A DNA stretch of 64,000 nucleotides. It comes from Piromyces finnis finn (lineage: Eukaryota > Fungi > Neocallimastigomycota). The stretch is taken from contig MCFH01000065.1 of assembly GCA_002104945.1 (NCBI GenBank), positions 62,001 to 126,000 on the forward strand, read 5' to 3'. The position numbers were made by a program, and so were the translations under genes. Shown here piece after piece: positions 37,716 to 49,859 of the stretch; the first letter of the stretch is position 1, and every line of letters begins with the position of its first letter. Below the pieces are notes generated by a model. The model had not been told where the DNA came from and ran no database searches. It was given only the letters and a program-made list of their open reading frames with translations.

Positions 37716-39604
37716 TTAATTAAAAACTTTGATGATTTAGTATAAATCTTAGATTTTGGGCCGTTTTAGCCAGACTTTCTAGCCAGAAGAAATTTGACCT
37801 TAGGCAGACTTTTAGCCAGGAAAATTTCGAAAAAGTGGCAAAAAGGCAGGCTTCATGGCCTAAAAAATCTAGGATATACTAAGTCCCTATATCTAACAAG
37901 GACACCAACCAGCACCAACAAGGCATCTATCATTTTTATTACTTTAAATGATAATTTAGAGAAACTCTAAAAATTTTAGATAATTAACGATTTTTATTTA
38001 AAATAAGAAAATGGTATGATTACTTTATAAAAAAAATCATTAAAATAGTTAATATTCTATTTTGAAAGAGTAAATATATAATAATATTTGTTTTTATATA
38101 TTTTTGTGTGGTGAATGTTGAGTTAGAAAATTTAATTAATCATTTTTATGATATTTAATTAAAAAATTAAGATTTATATTAAAAAAAAAAAAAAACTGGT
38201 TATTATCATCAAATGACATTTATCATACAACAACAACAACTGAAATAATAGTTTCATAGTTAAATACATTAAAAATGATAATTCTATTAGTTTTTATTTT
38301 TATTTTAATAAAATAGAACTATCATTTTTAATGTATTTGTTTTTCTTTTTATTTTAATAAAATAAATAATATACATATTATCATTTTACATAAAAATATT
38401 AATATCATAATCAAATATACAATATTATTATTATTAAAATTATAGTATTATTAAATATTATAGTTTCACCTATAGGAAAAACAAAAACTCTTTTTATTTA
38501 TTAATTAATAGAATGGAATATTTTACAATTAAAAAGTTTTTTTTTTTTTTCATATATTGAAATTGTTGTTATGAATTATTCCACTATTAATTAAATTTAA
38601 AAAAATTAATTTTATCCACATTTTAATAAGACAACTTTTTAATTGTTAATAAAGAGGTTTTACGAAAAAATATTATTAATTGTATAATATCTTTTTTAAA
38701 ATAATATAAAATGAAATTATAGGCATTTAAATTTAATTATATTTTAAATATAATATTGTAATGATATTGACAATGAAATGTTTATCATTGTTGCTTCTTT
38801 AAAAAAAAAAATATTAATAAATCATTATTATTTCTTAACTATCTTTTTTATCTTTTTTTTATAAATAAAAATATATTTATTATAATAAGAAATTTAAAAA
38901 AATATAAAAAAGGCGGAATATTAATCCATTTTAAAAATTAACTTTTTTAAATTGTAAATTTTAAAAAAAAAAAAAGTTAGAATTTAATTTTTATTATAAT
39001 AAAAAATTGAAATATAGTTGTTGTTTTTTTTTAAACTTTTTATAAATATAATATAAATATAATAATATCATAATGTAAAAACAAAAACCTTTCATATAAA
39101 ATTTATATGGGGGATTATATTATCTAATAATAATAATAAAAAAAAAAGTTACCATTATTTTTATTGTTTAAAAAAAAAGTTTATAACATATTCTAATAAC
39201 ATTTTATTTTATTTTTTTTTTAAAAAAAAAAATAAAGTATATAATTTATAATTTATGTGATATTCGTTTAAATTTAGAATTTTTATTATCCTTTATTATA
39301 ATAAAAATATATATAAAAAAAAAAAAAACCTTTGAATTTTTTATATAATAAAATTAAATAATAATTAAATCATACTAACCTTAATGGTGTTTCTATCCAT
39401 TTAAAATATTATTAAATAAAATTTAAATTTATAAATAGATACTTTAAAAAAAAATAACAAAAAAAATATAAATACTTCAAAATTTTCCAAAAAATTTTTT
39501 TCAACAACATATTTAATAGAATATATTTTTTAATAGAATATAGAATTAAAAAATAATTCTTTTAGTAGTTAAATATTTTATACCTTTTTATTTTAATTGT
39601 AAAT

Positions 39605-41881
39605 ATGCCAAGTATTAGAAACGCTTTATTCCTTCTCGGTGCTAGCACCGTTTTTGCCGCTACTAAGCGTGCTAATGACAAGTATGCCGCTCGTGCTACT
39701 GAACACTATGACAAGATTACTGGTAATGGTTCCTACAGATCTGAATATTTCTCACCAGAAAATGTTCCATACCACTCTGTTGAAACTCTTATGGTTGAAG
39801 CTCCAGATCATGGTCACGAATCTGTCTCTGAAACCTACTCTTTCTGGGTTTGGTTAGAAGCTGTTAATGGTAAGCTCACTGGTGATTACACTGGTGTTGA
39901 AACTGCCTGGAGCTACATTGAAAAGCACATGATTCCAGATAGCAAGAACCAACCAGGTAACAGTAAGTACAACCCATCTTCCCCAGCTACTTACGCTGCT
40001 GAACACGATGATATTGATGGTTACCCATCTAAGCTTATCTTCCAAGATGGTATTGTTGGTGAAGATCCAATTGCTAAGGAACTTTCTCAAGCCTACGGTA
40101 ACTGGGATATCTACATCATGCACTGGATTATTGATGGTGATAACTGGTACGGTTATGGTCAACAAGGTGATGGTACTTCTAAGCCATCTTTCATTAACAC
40201 CTTCCAACGTGGTGCTTCCGAATCTACTTGGAAGACTGTTCCACACCCATGTTGGGAAGCCATGAAGTGGGGTGGTCGTAACGGTTTCTTAGATCTTTTC
40301 ACTATCGATAACTCCTACGCTAAGCAATGGAGATACACTGCTGCTCCAGATGCTGATGCTCGTGCTATTCAAGCTGCTTACTTCGGTTGGTTATGGGCTA
40401 AGGAAGATGGTCAAGATCTTTCTTCCGTTGCTTCTAAGGCTGCCAAGCTTGGTGATTACTTACGTTACGCCCAATACGATAAATACTTCAAGAAGATTGG
40501 TAACTGTGTTGGTTACGATAGATGTTCTGCTGGTTCTGGTAAGAACTCTGCTCACTACCTTATCTCCTGGTACTTCGCTTGGGGTGGTGGTCTTCAAGGT
40601 GACTGGTCTTGGAGAATTGGTTCTTCCCACACTCACACTGGTTACCAATCTCCATTAGCTGCTTGGATTCTTTCCACTCAATCTGCCTTCAAGCCAAAGT
40701 CTTCCACTGGTGCTAAGGATTGGGCTACCTCTCTTGACCGTCAATTAGAATTATTCAGATGGTTACAAACTCCAGAAGGTTGTATTGCTGGTGGTGCCAC
40801 TAACTCTTGGACTGGTGCTTACGCTCAACCACCAAGTGATATTACCTCCTTCTACGGTATGTGGTACGATTGGCAACCAGTTTACCACGACCCACCATCC
40901 AACAACTGGACTGGTATGCAAGGTTGGGGTATGGAACGTGTCTGTTCCTTATACTACCTTTCCGGTGATGAAAGAGCCGGTCTTATTTGTCAAAACTGGG
41001 CTAAGTGGGTTAAGGACACTACTCGTGTTAGCGGTGGTGAAATTGTCCACGCTACTAACCTTGCTTGGGAAGGTAACCCAGATGAATGGAACAAGAGTAA
41101 CTTCAACAAGTCTGGTCTTAACAGATCCCTTCACGGTACCGTCTCTGCTGAAGGTCTTGATCTTGGTTCCATTGCTTCTATCATTAAGGGTCTCTTCTGG
41201 GTTTCCTTAAAGGATGGTGATCAAGATGGTCTTAACCTTGTTGTTGATGTTATGGATGCCATTGAAAACTACAAGGATGATCTTGGTTACGCTGCTTTAG
41301 AAGCTCGTAACGATTATGAAAACTTCGGTAAGGAAGTTTACATTCCATCTGGTTGGACTGGTAAGAACGCTCAAGGTGCCAACATTAAGAGTGGTGTTAA
41401 ATTCATTGATATTCGTCCAAAGTACAAGCAAGATCCAGACTGGCCACAAGTTGAAAACTTCCTTAACGGTGGTAACCCACCAGAATTCACTTACCACAGA
41501 TTCTGGGGTCAAACTGAAATTATGGTTGCCAATGGTCTTCTTTCCATTTATGGTGTTACTGGTGGTTCTGGTGCCGGTAACGGTTCTGGTAACGGCGGTA
41601 GTTCATCTGGTAGCTGTCCAGCTTCTATTAAGAACCAAGGTTACAAGTGTTGTAAGGCCGGATGCCAAGTCATTTACCAAGATGCTGATGGTGACTGGGG
41701 TGTTGAAAACGGCCAATGGTGTGGTTGTGGCGGTGGTGACTCTGGTAACTCTTGTCCAAAGGCCATTACCAACCAAGGTTACAAGTGCTGTTCCGGTTGT
41801 TCCTACGTTTACTACGAAGACCAAGATGGTAAATGGGGTGTTGAAAACAATGACTGGTGTGGTATTCCATCCAACTGTTAA
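39605..41881 (+). CDS. cel48A: GH48 cellulase (processive cellobiohydrolase type) with two C-terminal fungal dockerins, intronless, 758 aa
   Basis: Signal peptide; [12 protein letters not shown] and APDADARA catalytic motifs; [13 protein letters not shown] and FTYHRFWGQ; Gly/Ser linker; two CC..Y.D.DG.WGVEN..WCG dockerins; strong codon bias. The symbol follows the Piromyces Cel48A name and orthology is not tested. Confidence 0.96.
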   Translation: MPSIRNALFLLGASTVFAATKRANDKYAARATEHYDKITGNGSYRSEYFSPENVPYHSVETLMVEAPDHGHESVSETYSFWVWLEAVNGKLTGDYTGVETAWSYIEKHMIPDSKNQPGNSKYNPSSPATYAAEHDDIDGYPSKLIFQDGIVGEDPIAKELSQAYGNWDIYIMHWIIDGDNWYGYGQQGDGTSKPSFINTFQRGASESTWKTVPHPCWEAMKWGGRNGFLDLFTIDNSYAKQWRYTAAPDADARAIQAAYFGWLWAKEDGQDLSSVASKAAKLGDYLRYAQYDKYFKKIGNCVGYDRCSAGSGKNSAHYLISWYFAWGGGLQGDWSWRIGSSHTHTGYQSPLAAWILSTQSAFKPKSSTGAKDWATSLDRQLELFRWLQTPEGCIAGGATNSWTGAYAQPPSDITSFYGMWYDWQPVYHDPPSNNWTGMQGWGMERVCSLYYLSGDERAGLICQNWAKWVKDTTRVSGGEIVHATNLAWEGNPDEWNKSNFNKSGLNRSLHGTVSAEGLDLGSIASIIKGLFWVSLKDGDQDGLNLVVDVMDAIENYKDDLGYAALEARNDYENFGKEVYIPSGWTGKNAQGANIKSGVKFIDIRPKYKQDPDWPQVENFLNGGNPPEFTYHRFWGQTEIMVANGLLSIYGVTGGSGAGNGSGNGGSSSGSCPASIKNQGYKCCKAGCQVIYQDADGDWGVENGQWCGCGGGDSGNSCPKAITNQGYKCCSGCSYVYYEDQDGKWGVENNDWCGIPSNC

Positions 41882-42679
41882 ATTAAATAAATCATTTTAA
41901 TTTATGAATTAAAGTGATCTTTTTTTTTTTTTTAACATTATATAATATTTAATAATATATATTATCAAATATTTGATAATTATTTGCAAAAATATATCAT
42001 ATAATATAATAAAAAAAAATAAAAATATAAAATATATCTTTTACAGTTTTTTTTTTTTTAATAATTTTGGTGTATAAATAATTTTTATTGTTTATGTATA
42101 TTATTAATCTGTTGATAAACAATATAATTACCAATGTCTTTTATGTTAAACGACATGAATAAATTTATACTTTTTTTTATTATATTAATTAATTAAATGA
42201 TAAAAAAAAACATATATATATATAATATATATATATATTTTATAGTATATTGAATGATGGATAATTTGAAAATAATCTAATGAATTATTACTATTTTTTA
42301 ATCATCCTTTTATAGGGTTATATATATCATTTTAAACTTTTTATTTTTTATTATTGTTTTTATTATTAAAAAATATATAAACATTTTATATAAAAATAGA
42401 AAGTATTTAATGGTGTTTTACAATGAATTTATTTTGTAGGAAAAAAAATTAAAAATAAAATATACTTAAAAATAATTGCTGTCTTTAATAAAAAAAAATA
42501 ATTAAATAATTATATTTATACGTAAGCTATTTTTTTTTTATTTTATATTAATAATATTTATTCTTTTTTTATAATTTTTTTTTAAAAATATAATTTTTAC
42601 AAATGTTCATTGAAGAAATAAAATATACATTATAATATTTTATAATTAAAAATATTCATATTTTGATATAAAAAATGAT

Positions 42680-42920
<241 letters not shown>

Positions 42921-43000
42921 CTATAATAAACCCCTTCTTTTTTTTTAAATTTTTAATACGATACTATTATTATTTAAAAGTAAAAAAAAATAATTTTTTC

Positions 43001-44569
43001 CTAAAAAGTAAAATCATTTTCAGATAATATTTTCAAGGCTTGATCATTTTGTTTTTGATTAGCTATTTTATACCATCGTTTTTTTACAGATAGATTTCCC
43101 TTTTTTTTGTTAAGAAACCATTTTAATTGTTTTCGGTTAAGTTTTGTTTTATTTTTATAGAGGAGTAATAAATGGTAGATAGCATCATTATTAAAAATAC
43201 ATTGTTTAAAAAGAAGATTTAATAGGTGATTTTGGGAATTTTCAATGAATTTTTGAACAACATCAAATGCGTCATCGAAAAGGACAGCTCCATGTTTTAT
43301 ACAAAATATTAATTGGCGTGGTGTAAGATGACGATAGTATAAATAATAGAGAATACGGTCATTGAAAAATACCTTGTAGTTAATATCTGCTCCTTTCCTT
43401 ATTAACAATTTGGCCACATCAAAGCGACTTTGGGTGAGGGCTTCTAATAATGGTGATTGACTAGAACCAAGGGTATAATTAAGGGAAGTGGAATAGTAAT
43501 GCTTTAAGATGAATTGAATCATATCATAGGAGGATTGATTTTTTATAGCGTACATTAATATATCCTCCTTTTTAATTTTATTCGGTGTGGCATCATGACA
43601 ACACAATAACAATGGAAATTCATTCCTTGTTATAAATTGTTGAAGGGAATGAACGTCATTCTGACCTACCAATTCTCGTATTCTAATTTTTTTTTCTTCC
43701 ATATGCCTTAAATTATCCAAAATTTTTTCCGTATTAAAAGGTAAAGTAAGGCTACCGTTTTGAATAGCAGTGATAAAATGGTCAGTAGGATATTGCGTGG
43801 CATATTTTAATAAGGTATAATTGATTTGATATCTATTTTTGGTATCGTAGGATATTAAAATTTTTAAAGCTTTATCATTAGCTAGGGTGATGGCATCGTT
43901 ATACATATCCTCGGTGAAATCTATTGTATTTTTTAAAAGGGTATCAAGTTGTTTGGCAGTTAAGGTCTGTTGATATTTATAAAAGGATAAAAGTTGTAGG
44001 ATCATTCGACGACTCAAATTAAAATGTTTGATAAGCATTTCTAAAAGCTCATTATGAAAATTTTTTATTAAGGTTGAAATGAAGGAAGGAGAAGGAGAAT
44101 GTATACCATTTTTTAAAATATACTGAAAAGTTGTGATCGTCGTCATCGAGTTGGATTGGGTAGGGTGGTGGTATAACGTGTAATAAAGGTCATTATTATC
44201 AATTTCAAAATTGATATCTGCATGATGTTGCAATAACAAGTCCGCAACATCATAATTATTTTTCAAAAGCGCCAATGAAAGAGGGGAAACATTAAAGTTA
44301 GGATAATGCAGTTGTTGTTGATTATTTTCCTTTTGACATCTATAGTTTAAATAATAATTTAGGGTAGGGTAACGACATTCCTGTAAAATATATTTTATAA
44401 GGTTTATCGGCGCGTTACTGTCAATTGCCAGGACCAATAAATCAAACTTTGATTTATTTAATTGTTTTAAATTAATTTTGTTTTTGGTGACATAATTTTG
44501 AAGGTCAATAAAGTTATGATTTTTAATCCATCCAGCCACAATACTTCTTTTTTGGGAAAGATTACACAT
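43001..44569 (-). CDS. Ankyrin-repeat protein, intronless, 522 aa
   Basis: SPLSLALLKNNYDVADLLLQHHADINF and SPLLEALTQSRFDVAKLLIRKGADINY repeats within an internally duplicated ~270-aa module. Confidence 0.85.
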   Translation of the reverse strand: MCNLSQKRSIVAGWIKNHNFIDLQNYVTKNKINLKQLNKSKFDLLVLAIDSNAPINLIKYILQECRYPTLNYYLNYRCQKENNQQQLHYPNFNVSPLSLALLKNNYDVADLLLQHHADINFEIDNNDLYYTLYHHPTQSNSMTTITTFQYILKNGIHSPSPSFISTLIKNFHNELLEMLIKHFNLSRRMILQLLSFYKYQQTLTAKQLDTLLKNTIDFTEDMYNDAITLANDKALKILISYDTKNRYQINYTLLKYATQYPTDHFITAIQNGSLTLPFNTEKILDNLRHMEEKKIRIRELVGQNDVHSLQQFITRNEFPLLLCCHDATPNKIKKEDILMYAIKNQSSYDMIQFILKHYYSTSLNYTLGSSQSPLLEALTQSRFDVAKLLIRKGADINYKVFFNDRILYYLYYRHLTPRQLIFCIKHGAVLFDDAFDVVQKFIENSQNHLLNLLFKQCIFNNDAIYHLLLLYKNKTKLNRKQLKWFLNKKKGNLSVKKRWYKIANQKQNDQALKILSENDFTF

Positions 44570-45249
44570 ATTAAAGTATGAATGGAAGAAGAAAAGGAAG
44601 CGAAAAAAAAAAAAGGAAAAAGAATGAATATATATTATATTAAATAAAAAAAAATCTTATATATATAATAAAAATATTTTCCAAATAAATTTAAATATTT
44701 ATTATTTTTTTAAAAAAGGGAAATAAAAAAAAACTATTTTATATAGAATTTATAATATCCATATTTTCTTTTTTATTCATTCGCAATTCATTTTAAACTA
44801 TTTTTAATTTAATTAAATCGTTTTACCACATTAAAAATGGACTTAACCAATATATATATATTCTTTTTTTTTTTTTTTTAAACCTTACCACAAAATATTT
44901 TTTCTTCTTTTAAAAAAATTTAAGAATAATAATAATTAATAATTATATAAAAAAATTTTTTTTTATTATCATAGGATAAGAATAAAATGATTAAAAAAAA
45001 ATAAATACAATTTTTATTTTATTTTATATTTAATAAATAATGGTAATCATTGTTAGTATTATTACAATTGATTATTAAAAAAATAAAATTAAAGCCCATG
45101 ATATATTTACAATGTTTATATTATATTATCAAAAGAATAAATAGCATGAGGAAAAAAAAAATATATTTCAAATATAATAATAAAAAAGTCAATATTATAC
45201 TATTTTTGCTTTTTTGTAAAATCTTTAAATTTACTTTATTATTATTCTA

Positions 45250-45280
<31 letters not shown>

Positions 45281-45898
45281 TAATTATTATTATTTTAATT
45301 ATTACTATTACTATTATTACTATTATTCTAATTATTATTATTCTAATTATTATTATTATTATTACTCTAATTATTATTTATTTATTTAACTTTCTTTTCA
45401 AAGAATTTCTTTTTTAATCCTATTCTTTAAAGGACTTGGATAAATATATATTATATATATTTATATATAATTTAAAAGCAATAAAATAAAAACTTTATAA
45501 ATATTTGTTTTTTCCTTTTCTTATAACAAAAATGGTTTATCTATTTAGTATAATAATATTATTAATCTTTTGATTTTGGTAATAATATTATTATTTTTTT
45601 TATTATTGATCTTTTTTACAAATCATATATATAAAAAAAAGATATTTTTAAATCTGTTGTACTACTTATTTAATAATATTTTTTTTTACTTTTCTTTTAT
45701 TTCCATTTCTCTCTCCTTTTTTTTCTTTTTTTTAAAAAAAATAAAAATTAATGATAATTTTTAAATAAAACTAAAAATAGACTTGTAAGGCAAACACTTT
45801 AAAAAATTTAATAAATAAAATTAATAAATTTAGGATAACACCGAATCAAGCTTTTAATAATTTAAATTTTATTTCATATTTTAAAATAAAGTTGATTG

Positions 45899-45945
<47 letters not shown>

Positions 45946-46225
45946 AATTACCCATAGATGAAAATGAATATAAGAAATGTATTACCAATTTATAATATCT
46001 CATTGTCATTTAAAAATTATAAAACTTTAATAATACTTGTATAATTCATTTATTCCAAAAAAAAAAAAAAAATTTTATAAAAATAATAGTTTTTTTTTTC
46101 TAATTTTTATCTTTTTTGTTAAAGAAACATTAATAACATTAATAAATTTGTAAATAATAATAATATTATTATTAAAGAATAAATTAAAACCTATATACCT
46201 ATAATTATTTACATTTAAAAAAAAA

Positions 46226-49200
46226 ATGAATACAAAACAATTAATAAGGATCCTATTTTTTATGGTCCTTATAACATTAGCATTAACCAAAGGATACAAT
46301 AAGGGTCATAATAATTTAAAACATTCCAACAACAGAAAGGACATTAAGAAACATGGTAATGAAAGAGTTGAAGTTTCTGATGATGAAGAAGATGGCCATT
46401 TTCGAGGAAAGCATCATTATCATGGAAAGAATGAGGATGAATCATCTTCTGAAGAAATAGATGCCAAGAAACAATCTGATGATGAAGTTTCTGATGAAGA
46501 AGAAGAAATTATAAAAGGATTTTACAGTCATATTAAACATATCAAAGAACTCAATAACAAGAACTCTGATGATGAAGAAAATTCTTCAAACGATGAAAAC
46601 TCTTCTAATGATGATAACTCTAACTCTGATGATGATGATAATGATGATGAAAACAATGAAAGTAACTCTGATAATGATAATGATGATGAAAACAATGAAA
46701 GTAACTCTGATAATGATAATGATGATGAAAACAATGAAAGTAACGATGATGATAATGATAATGATGATGAAAACAATGAAAGTAACGATGATGATAATGA
46801 TAATAATGATGAAAACAATGAAAGTAACTCTGATGATAATGATAATGATGATGAAAACAATAATGATGATAACGATGACAACAATGAAAGTAATGATGAT
46901 GAAAACAATAATGATGATAACGATGATGAAGGTAACGATGATGAAAACAATAATGATGATAACGATGATGAAGGTAACGATGATGAAAACAATAATGATG
47001 ATAACGATGATGAAGGTAACGATGATGATGAAAGCAATAATGACGATAACAATGACAATGAAATCAACGATGATGATGAAAGCAATAATGACGATAACAA
47101 TGACAATGAAATCAACGATGATGAAGGTAACGATGATGATGAAAGCAATAATGATGATAACAATGACAATGAAATCAACGATGATGAAAACAATGAAAGT
47201 AACGATGATGAAGGTAACGATGATGATGAAAGCAATAATGATGAAAACAATGACAACGAAAATGAAATCAATGACAATAACAACAATGATGATAGCAACA
47301 ATGACAACAATGACAACGAAATTATTGATGACGATAATGAAGAAGAAATTCATGAAGATGAACCAGTAAATGCTGGAGATGATAATGAAGAAGGTAATGA
47401 AGATTCTGATCCAGAACAAAATAATGAAGATGAAGGAGCTGAAGTAGCCGAAGATAATGATAATAATAGTGAAGATGATGATGATATCAACATTGATGAA
47501 GCCATTGAAAATGAAAGTGATGGGGAACAAAGAAAAATGATTCTTGAGGATGAAGATATCAAACCAATTATTAATGATTGTGATGCCATAAAAACTTTTT
47601 TAGGTGCTGAAAAAGAATCTAGTATTAATGAATGTGTTTTCAATGATAAAGGACAAATAATCTCTTTGTAAATATTTTATAAAAAAAAAAGTATATACTT
47701 TTTATAGATAATAATAACCTTAATAATATAATTTTATATATCAAAAAAAAAAAAAATTTCCTCATTCTATTATAGATACTTTAACGATATTGATCTTACC
47801 GATGAGGATATTGAAAAAATTTATTCCTACAATACCATAACCACATTGTATGTTTATAGGAGACTAATCCTCTATAGTATAAACTAAAATTTTTGTGAAG
47901 AAAAAAAAAAAATATAGATATATATATATATAATCTAATACAAATACTATTTTTTAATTTATTTAAAATTTTATAGAAAAATTCATTGGACTGGTAAACA
48001 ATATACAATTAATCAAGCAGCATCTCTTCCATACATTGATTATTTGTAAAAATCAATTTATATCAAGTTTATACTAAAATAATATAAAAAGATTTTAATA
48101 ATAACGGATAGTATATTCCCACCATCTAAATTAACCATTATTTATTTATATTAAAAACAATATAGGAGTATATTTAATTCCTTGGGTGGTGCTTTAAATC
48201 TTTCAGCTTTAAATAGTTTTGAAAAGATTAATACTTTGTAAATATATATAACCAAAATTATTCTAGATAGATTTGATATAGTTTTTTTTTTTTAATACTA
48301 AATTTTACATTTAAATATAATTTTAATTTTTTATAGAGAAATTGGAGCACCATCAACCAAACATGTCTATGTTAAAAGTGGTTCATTTAAGGAATTCCAA
48401 ACAGTAAAAACTTTGTAATTAAAATCTTTTTTTTTTTTTTTTTTTTTTTTTGACCAATTTTATATAAAGTAAATCCTATATAGATTATATTTTGATATTA
48501 ATTTTATTATTTCTTTTTAAAATAGAATTTTAAAACAATTCCATTTCTCTCAAGTTATTATTGATGAAGTTGGTACTTTGGAAAATATTGAAGAAATGTA
48601 AGTTTTTGTTGTTGTTATTTATAATTTTCTATAATTATTTTGTTTCGAATTATTATTCAAAGTAAAAAAAAAAAAAATAAATTCATTTTATTATCACAAA
48701 ATAATCCTATCTAATGTATACTATCCTGTATATAAATCTATTATATTTATGTAATTATAATCCTATCCTTCCTTAATAATAAATATAGAAAATGTGAAAG
48801 CTGTGGATTTTCAACTGGACTTAATTATGAAGCATTTAAAAACCTTTCTAAACTTAGAACTCTGTAAATATTTTATATATCACTATATTATTATTATATG
48901 TTAATATATTTTTATTAGTTAAAAATATCATTTTATAACTCTTTCTTTTTAAAAAAAATATATATATATATATATATAATAAAAAAAAAAAGTCATTTTA
49001 CAAGTTACAATAAATTTGGTAGCCCATTAAAAGAAATTCCAATTTCTTTCACTGAAATTTTGAGTTTAAAAACTTTGTAAGGATAAAACTAAAACAACAT
49101 AAATATATATTATAGATATATTTTACATTTGTCTCTAATATAAATATTATATAAATATTATAAAAAAAAAACTATTTTTTTTCTTAAAATCAATAAAACT

Positions 49201-49859
49201 TATTTTTAGAATTTTAACTCGTCAAAAGATTACAGAAATTCCAGAACAATTATCACATCTTGTTAATTTAGAAGTATTGTAAGTTGATAGGAAAGAAATA
49301 ATAAAATAACATATTATAACAGTTATAATTATTATTATTATTATTATTCTAATTATTATTCTAATTATTATTATTATTATGTTTATTATTATTATTATTC
49401 TAATTATTCTAATTATTCTAATTATTATTATTATTCTAATTATTATTATTATTATTATGTTATTTTTATTACTATATTCAATATATTCAATATATATTAT
49501 TAATAACTCCATTTTAAATCCTATTTCCTATTCTTTATTTTTAGAAATTTGAACAATAATTTATTAAATTCTATTCCAGAATCTCTTAATGACTTGGAAA
49601 ATCTTAAAGAAGTGTAACTATTTATTCCTCTCTCTAAAAAAAAAAAAAAAGATTAACATTAAAAAAAAAACATTATATTAATTTTTTTTTATATTTTATT
49701 TAAAATAGTTATTTCAGTGGTAATATTGAAGGAAGAATTTTAACTAATGACAGTCTTATTAAATGTTCCTATGATAATACTGGATCTCTTTGTAAAACCA
49801 AAGAAATGGATTGTTTAGGGGATGAAAAATTAATGATTAATTTCTGTGATTCAGAATAA
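46226..49859 (+). CDS. Secreted Asp/Asn/Glu-rich plus leucine-rich-repeat protein, 11 exons, 746 aa (exons 46226-47667, 47776-47847, 47977-48045, 48166-48237, 48337-48414, 48526-48597, 48789-48863, 49005-49076, 49210-49278, 49545-49613, 49709-49859)
   Basis: Signal peptide MNTKQLIRILFFMVLITLALTKG; all introns GT-AG phase 2; the spliced length of 2241 nt is open; LRR text such as LKEIPISFTEILSLKTL, ITEIPEQLSHLVNLEVL and LLNSIPESLNDLENLKEV; Cys-capped C-terminus. Confidence 0.88.
49320..49470. repeat. Intronic ATT/ATTCTA microsatellite (also in copies 2 and 3)
   Basis: Directly visible; it accounts for the spurious poly-Ile ORF. Confidence 0.9.

Noticed and set aside
37850-37875. Helitron 3' end (small hairpin plus CTAG)
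   Set aside because: The stem is only 4 bp, and there is no matching 5' TC end or AT insertion site.
39639-41900. Alternative-frame and antisense ORFs over GH48
   Set aside because: They result from strong codon bias (few stops in other frames).
46528-47643. Poly-Ser/Leu, poly-Met/Thr and poly-Ile ORFs (also in copies 2 and 3)
   Set aside because: These are other-frame readings of the GAT/AAT/GAA repeat tract.
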